Source: a virus. From it: DNA of 7,345 nt. The translations under genes and the position numbers were made by a program. The stretch is taken from IMG/VR virus record IMGVR_UViG_3300003327_000002. One strand, 5' to 3'. The stretch's first letter is position 1, and every line of letters starts with the position of its first letter. This document shows, piece after piece, positions 1 to 3,691 of the stretch. The notes under the pieces are model-generated. The model worked only from the letters and a program-made list of their open reading frames with translations, did not search any database and was not told the origin of the DNA.

Positions 1-59
1 CCGCCGACAACCAACGCAGCAGCGATGGTCAGGAGGACGACTGCAAGAAGCTGGCCCAT
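1..59 (-). CDS. Duplicate N-terminal fragment of the 64-aa membrane ORF (same sequence as 7092-7150); an artefact of the terminal redundancy
   Basis: The ATG (plus-strand 'cat' at 57-59) and following codons are identical to those of the ORF at 6956-7150. Confidence 0.6.
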   Translation of the reverse strand, partial: MGQLLAVVLLTIAAALVVG

Positions 60-191
60 GCCCTACCCCTACCCCCCGCACCCCGAAGACCCGCCCCGGC
101 CGGGGGGGAGAGCCGGGGGCGGGATGACCAAGGCCATTGGTCACAAGGCACTGTATAAAGGGCTTGGTCACCTCAGTCAAGGGGCTTGGTC
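60..191. promoter_or_regulatory. Divergent control region between the minus-strand morphogenesis/replication operon and the plus-strand repressor gene (second copy at 7151-7282)
   Basis: This 132-bp stretch is non-coding. The minus-strand promoter is TTGACT (plus 180-175), a 17-nt spacer, then TATACA (157-152). The plus-strand -10-like TATAAA lies at 154-159 with TG at 152-153, and it overlaps the minus -10. The SD AAGGGG at 179-184 sits 7 nt before the ATG at 192. Confidence 0.55.
90..123. other. GC-rich stem-loop: CCCGCCCCGG / CCGGGGGCGGG arms with one bulge, containing the perfect 12-nt palindrome CCCCGGCCGGGG at 94-105. Candidate ssDNA origin, packaging signal or leader structure.
   Basis: Arms 90-99 and 113-123 are complementary apart from one extra G. 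The C-tract array at 61-101 lies next to it, and these become G-tracts on the coding/packaged minus strand. Confidence 0.4.
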
Positions 192-192
192 A
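125..192. promoter_or_regulatory. Operator-like array: four copies of the half-site TTGGTCA
   Basis: TGACCAA (125-131) and TTGGTCA (137-143) form an inverted repeat with a 5-nt spacer. Direct copies of GGGCTTGGTCA lie at 160-170 and 182-192, 22 bp apart. The last copy overlaps the repressor ATG, and the middle copy lies in the spacer of the minus-strand promoter. Confidence 0.5.
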
Positions 193-671
193 TGGAAATC
201 GGAGAAATCATCGACCGCGCGAAAGCAGCAATCGGAGCCGAGAGCGACAGCGCGCTATCCCGCCACCTCGGACTCAGCCGAACCGCGGTAGGCAACTGGC
301 GGTCAGGCGTCAGCCTGCCGGACCCGGTTTCCTGCGAGCGCCTGGCAGGACTGACCGGAATCCCGCTGGCACGGGTGCTGGGAATCGTAGGAGAAGCCCG
401 CGCTCACTCGCGCGAGGAAAAGGCCGTATGGCGCAAGCTGGCGGCCTCCGCCACCCTCCTAGCGCTGGTGGTGCTGGGAAACGCGCAGGAAGGCGTCTAT
501 GCGGCCACACAGCCGTCAATCGACGCGGCCAAGATGTATATTATGCGAAATCGCGGGGGCCTCGATAAAGGACTGCGCTACCTCGGCCGAATCCTGCGGG
601 ACTGGCTCGGCTTCGCCCTAGGACGCGCCCGCAAGCCAGAAGGAAGCATCGAGGTCTTCACATGGATTTGA
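192..671 (+). CDS. XRE/Cro-cI-type helix-turn-helix repressor (putative phage immunity/lysogeny regulator), 159 aa
   Basis: The HTH signature SALSRHLGLSRTAVGNWRSG spans about nt 246-308. The gene is divergent from the structural operon, as filamentous-phage repressors are. I chose the ATG at 192 with SD AAGGGG over the TTG at 186. Codons are GC3-rich except at the embedded dif-like site. Confidence 0.85.
   Translation: MEIGEIIDRAKAAIGAESDSALSRHLGLSRTAVGNWRSGVSLPDPVSCERLAGLTGIPLARVLGIVGEARAHSREEKAVWRKLAASATLLALVVLGNAQEGVYAATQPSIDAAKMYIMRNRGGLDKGLRYLGRILRDWLGFALGRARKPEGSIEVFTWI
524..551. other. dif-like XerC/XerD recombination site (candidate attP) inside the repressor CDS: CGCGGCCAAGA-TGTATA-TTATGCGAAAT
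   Basis: On the minus strand it reads ATTTCGCATAA-TATACA-TCTTGGCCGCG. From memory, ATTTCGCATAA is the XerC arm of Xanthomonas dif, and E. coli dif is GGTGCGCATAA-TGTATA-TTATGTTAAAT. This is an AT-rich island in a GC-rich gene: the codons tat att atg cga aat break the GC3 bias. Confidence 0.55.
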
Positions 672-985
672 CCGACTACAACAACAGAACGCCATGTTGG
701 CCAATGGGCCAGCCATGCCCGAACAAGTGCGCTGCGCAAGTGCGCGATTTGATAACGCGGAACCATGTGCACTTGCACGGCCCGTGGGCCGGCTGGCGAC
801 TCGCCGGCCGCGACTTGGTCAGCCCGGACGGCATCAGATTCAGCCCCGAGCGACTCCGAGGGCTGGCATGGCGGCAAGAAGCAGAAACCCGCTTGGCCCA
901 CATCCGGGCCAAGCACAAGCAGCAAGAACCGCTCGTCACCGTGATCCGCGTCCGCAAGAACGAAATCGGCCCCCTAGCAGGCTAG
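662..985 (+). CDS. Small phage protein, probably DUF3653 family (XafT-like Xer recombination activation factor candidate), 107 aa
   Basis: The ATG at 662 overlaps the repressor stop (ATGGATTTGA), with SD GAGG at 651-654. GC3 bias is strong. The motif GPWAGWRLAGRDLVSPDGIRFSPERLRGL and the size match my recollection of DUF3653 proteins of IMEX-type phages. Confidence 0.7.
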   Translation: MDLTDYNNRTPCWPMGQPCPNKCAAQVRDLITRNHVHLHGPWAGWRLAGRDLVSPDGIRFSPERLRGLAWRQEAETRLAHIRAKHKQQEPLVTVIRVRKNEIGPLAG

Positions 986-1158
986 CGGACACACAACAGG
1001 CACGCACGCGCCAAGGGAATGGGTCACCAGTGGGTGGGTGGTGAGCACCGCCCGGGTATACATCAACACCTGAACCCGGAACCGGACCACAACCGTGGCA
1101 CCGCAGGTGCGTTGCGAGGATCGCCCAGGAGCGGCCCCAAACTCATCATTGCCCGTGC

Positions 1159-1179
1159 GTAGGGGGCTTTGCCCCCTAC
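1159..1179. other. Perfect 9-bp hairpin GTAGGGGGC-TTT-GCCCCCTAC in the 236-bp intergenic region
   Basis: Read directly from the sequence. Neither strand has a flanking U/T tract, so it is not a canonical intrinsic terminator. It is a candidate ssDNA structural element (origin or packaging signal) or a weak terminator of the 192-985 transcript. Confidence 0.4.
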
Positions 1180-1221
1180 ACCCCCAGCCTGTAACCTGCC
1201 GGCACGATCAAGGGGGACCGC

Positions 1222-1611
1222 ATGGATCGAGAGCGACCGCCCTACCTGGGCGACCTACCGCGCGACCGACGCGGCAACTGGCCGATGTACCTGCTGGCCG
1301 TCAGCCTACTGGCCGCACTGATCGGCGCTTGGAAGGTCTACACGGGCACCGTGGTGGCATGGCATGAGCGCTTCCAGGCTCCGAAGCCCACCGCCACAGC
1401 GCCAGCACCGCCAAGCCCCGCCAAGCTGGAACGACGCCGCGCAGCACGGCAAGAGGCGCTTGTCGCAGAGGCTGCGCGCCAGATCATGCAGCAGGCCGAG
1501 AAACAGGACCGGTCAGGCTGGAAATGCATCGACGGCACGCCGTTCCGGCCTGTTCCAGGTGGCGGCTGGGAGAACGTGCCAGGCGAGAGATGCGCTACGT
1601 CGAGGCAATAG
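1222..1611 (+). CDS. Membrane-anchored protein of unknown function, 129 aa: Arg-rich N-terminus, one TM helix, Pro-rich linker, charged helix, and a C-terminal two-Cys domain
   Basis: SD AAGGGGGA lies 5 nt before the ATG at 1222. Codon usage is GC3-rich. The TM segment is YLLAVSLLAALIGAWKVY. The C-terminal sequence is GWKCIDGTPFRPVPGGGWENVPGERC. I recognise no family. Confidence 0.7.
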   Translation: MDRERPPYLGDLPRDRRGNWPMYLLAVSLLAALIGAWKVYTGTVVAWHERFQAPKPTATAPAPPSPAKLERRRAARQEALVAEAARQIMQQAEKQDRSGWKCIDGTPFRPVPGGGWENVPGERCATSRQ

Positions 1612-2230
1612 CAGACAACAAGACGAGATGAGCAACGTAATACCCGAGGAAAACCCATCGAACGCGCGGCAAGCGCACATCCAGACGCCCGAGCGCCCAC
1701 AGCACCGGCACCGATAACAACGCCCAGACGTTGCCGTTGTAGAGGCACAAAGCGCTGTATGCAACACCCAGTGCTAAGGCAGCGACGAAGTGACCCGTCC
1801 ACGTTCTGGCGCGGAACCAAAGACACGCAGAGAACATCAGCGCCGGGCCGGTCCACTGGTAATCAACGAACAGGCCAAGGACCGCCCACACTACGAGCGC
1901 AGCCCATGCACTCCGCGCAGTGCAAACGTACAGCCCGAGCGCCAACGAGAACAACACGTTCACCGGCAGCCAGTACCCGAACGCAAGAGCATGGAACGGC
2001 TGAACGACCGCCCCAGCCACCAACAGGCGGCGAATCGCCCGGCCAGACGTTCCAGGACGCGTGTCTACCGCAGCGTTGTAAGCCAGCACGACGGCAAATA
2101 CCGGAAACGCGACGCGCCCCAATTCCGACAGCCACTGAAACGAGCCAGCGAACAAGGCTTTGTTCACGTGGTCGCCGGTCATCAAAACAAGCGCAAGCCA
2201 CTTCAACAGCTCACGGCCACCAGAAGTCAT
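1595..2230 (-). CDS. traX: TraX-family integral-membrane acyltransferase (F-pilin N-acetylase family), 211 aa
   Basis: Three blocks align with my memory of F-plasmid TraX. LKWLALVLMTGDHVN matches IKTVALVLMVLDHSN. GRVAFPVFAVVLAYN matches GRGAFPLFALVWGLN. LPRVRWVFLGYYVAHLVLLSAIA matches LPRFWPGDFFPTFYACHLAVLGVLAL. The protein is polytopic and hydrophobic throughout. Its start overlaps the zot stop (ATGA at 2230-2227). Confidence 0.85.
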   Translation of the reverse strand: MTSGGRELLKWLALVLMTGDHVNKALFAGSFQWLSELGRVAFPVFAVVLAYNAAVDTRPGTSGRAIRRLLVAGAVVQPFHALAFGYWLPVNVLFSLALGLYVCTARSAWAALVVWAVLGLFVDYQWTGPALMFSACLWFRARTWTGHFVAALALGVAYSALCLYNGNVWALLSVPVLWALGRLDVRLPRVRWVFLGYYVAHLVLLSAIAST

Positions 2231-3357
2231 TGCACAAGCCCCGCACCATCAATCACAACTCCCGCGCTCGTAGACGCAGGCACGGCCTGTGACACCTGCG
2301 CAACCTGATGCACCTGCTCGCGCTCACGCTGACGCTCACGGTATGGGTTGTAGGGCGCACCGTAACGCGCAACCGTGCGACACTCGGGCTGGCTCAACTC
2401 GTACAGCGTGCCCTGTTCTGTGAAGCACGTACACGACGGCTCGCGGTAGCTGCCATCCGCCACGGTACCGCCCAAACTGGACATGCAATACAACTGCGGA
2501 TCGGCAGTAACGCGCCGATCATCGAACACCGGAGCAGTCCAGGGCATAGTGGCAAACCGCGGCAAGTGTGCAGTCGCATAATCCGAGAGACTGGCCCAAA
2601 CCCCGCGCCCGCCGCCGCCCTGCTCAACAGGAACGGCAGCATGCGGCGGCGCGGCTGACGCCGCGCTCGCCGCCTCTTCCGAAACACTGCCAGCTACAGC
2701 ATCCGGACGCAGGAAGCTAAACGCAATCCACCCAGATACCACGGCTCCGACAATCACCGCAGGAATTGCCAGAACCTTAAGCGGAAGCCGCGGCTTGATC
2801 GTGTGAACTTCCGCGGACTTGTAAGAGCCAAACACATGCGAAGGCAACAGCCGCGTGGTCCGCTGAGCCAGCTCACGCTTCGCGGTGGACTTGATTTCTT
2901 CGTTCAACTCGCCCCACGTGAACACGTCAACCATATGTGTGCCAAACCGGCGCACAACGTGATGATGCGTTCCGATAAGACCCCGCACAAACGGATACAG
3001 CTGATTAGGCTGCTGAGTCGTCCACACGAAGTCCAGGCCCCTGTGCCGATGCTCCGCCAGGTCGAGAACATGCTTAGGCGTAGCTTGCCTGGTCGCATCG
3101 TGAAGATGACCAAACCATTTCCAGGCCTCATCCACGAAGATCAGCGAACCGTCAGGGACAATGTACTGTCCTGTATGAGGATCACGGCGGTTCCAATCCC
3201 GCGCATCGTCCAACGGCGTAGCCAAACCCGGCTGCAACCCATCGATTCCAACCGCGAAAATCGGACGTTCAGCTTTCTTGGCCTCTTCAATGAGACGCTC
3301 GACCATGAGCGCCGTCTTACCGTTGCCCGGCTGACCAGTGAACAATTCGATTGGCAT
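2227..3357 (-). CDS. zot: Zot-family / pI-like phage assembly ATPase, 376 aa
   Basis: Walker A GQPGNGKT (nt 3313-3336) and Walker B LIFVDEAW are present, followed by one TM helix (LAIPAVIVGAVVSGWIAFSFL) and a C-terminal periplasmic domain. I chose the start at 3357 (MPIELF...) because it lies 1 nt after the pVI-like stop (TGAAATG) and has a GGGGG SD. I rejected the upstream ATG at 3402. Confidence 0.95.
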   Translation of the reverse strand: MPIELFTGQPGNGKTALMVERLIEEAKKAERPIFAVGIDGLQPGLATPLDDARDWNRRDPHTGQYIVPDGSLIFVDEAWKWFGHLHDATRQATPKHVLDLAEHRHRGLDFVWTTQQPNQLYPFVRGLIGTHHHVVRRFGTHMVDVFTWGELNEEIKSTAKRELAQRTTRLLPSHVFGSYKSAEVHTIKPRLPLKVLAIPAVIVGAVVSGWIAFSFLRPDAVAGSVSEEAASAASAAPPHAAVPVEQGGGGRGVWASLSDYATAHLPRFATMPWTAPVFDDRRVTADPQLYCMSSLGGTVADGSYREPSCTCFTEQGTLYELSQPECRTVARYGAPYNPYRERQREREQVHQVAQVSQAVPASTSAGVVIDGAGLVQ

Positions 3358-3358
3358 T

Positions 3359-3691
3359 TCAAGCCCCCGATGCCGCCTTCCGGAAGAACACCCGGCCAGC
3401 ATTCATTGCGTGTCTGGCCGCCACAGCGGAGATGATCATAGTTAATGCCTTGTCGAAATTGAGAAGGCCCATCCATTGAAGAGCAACAGCAGCATACTCA
3501 CCGCCACCCATGCCCGAAGTTGCCAAACTTTCGAGGTGCTCAATGAACGGCTCGACGCCAAACTTATAGCTCGCCAGTGAAACACCAAACCAGGACAAAA
3601 CAGCCGTGAGCATCTGGCCGATGCGATTCTTGAACAGCCAGAGGACAGCAGACGTGATGCCAGAAATAATCCAGCCGAGAATCGCAGGCAT
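3359..3691 (-). CDS. pVI-like minor coat protein, 110 aa
   Basis: It sits between the adsorption protein and zot. It is a small hydrophobic protein with membrane segments (ILGWIISGITSAVLWLF, MLTAVLSWFGVSLA). Its start overlaps the upstream stop (TAATG at 3693-3689). Confidence 0.75.
   Translation of the reverse strand: MPAILGWIISGITSAVLWLFKNRIGQMLTAVLSWFGVSLASYKFGVEPFIEHLESLATSGMGGGEYAAVALQWMGLLNFDKALTMIISAVAARHAMNAGRVFFRKAASGA

Larger units (their letters stand above)
1..254. repeat. Terminal redundancy copy A (identical to 7092-7345)
   Basis: Base-by-base comparison shows 1-254 equals 7092-7345, and the identity runs to the window edge. This is the signature of a circular molecule, or a tandem copy, linearised with overlap. 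Confidence 0.97.

Noticed and set aside
1-254. Terminal direct repeats as LTR-like ends, transposon ends or att duplications
   Set aside because: The identity is perfect and runs to both window edges. It spans part of a CDS, a promoter region and the start of another CDS. This is what a circular genome written with overlap looks like, not a bounded repeat element.
436-480. The hydrophobic stretch LAASATLLALVVLG in the repressor as a transmembrane anchor, which would make it a membrane-tethered regulator
   Set aside because: The stretch has only about 14-15 uncharged residues, which is short for a TM helix. It may simply be a buried dimerisation helix.
1159-1179. Calling the 9-bp hairpin a rho-independent terminator
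   Set aside because: Neither strand has a T/U tract following the stem. I kept it only as a structural element of unknown role.
2574-2581. A second dif-arm-like match, TCGCATAA, inside zot as a partner site for a CTX-type folded attP
   Set aside because: Only 8 nt match, which is about what chance predicts over both strands. It has no dif-like central region (TCCGAG) and lies 2 kb from the main site.
2932-2934. Internal in-frame starts that would give a pXI-like product from zot (Met at 2934) or a gX-like product from Rep (Mets at 6273 and 6234)
   Set aside because: None of these ATGs has a recognisable Shine-Dalgarno sequence at suitable spacing. This cannot be supported from the sequence alone.
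2227-3357. Interpreting the Zot-family gene as an enterotoxin or virulence factor
   Set aside because: The Zot family name comes from the Vibrio CTX-phi homologue. The context and Walker motifs here indicate the pI-type assembly ATPase. Nothing in the sequence supports a toxin role.
3358-3402. Upstream ATGs offered by the ORF track for zot (3402), the pIII-like gene (5118), the ssDNA-binding gene (5974), Rep (6777) and the 78-aa ORF (6980)
   Set aside because: The internal starts at 3357, 5061, 5917, 6747 and 6956 each have an SD at proper spacing, and each gives stop/start coupling or a canonical N-terminus (signal peptide, or Walker A near the N-terminus). The extensions would overlap the upstream genes extensively.
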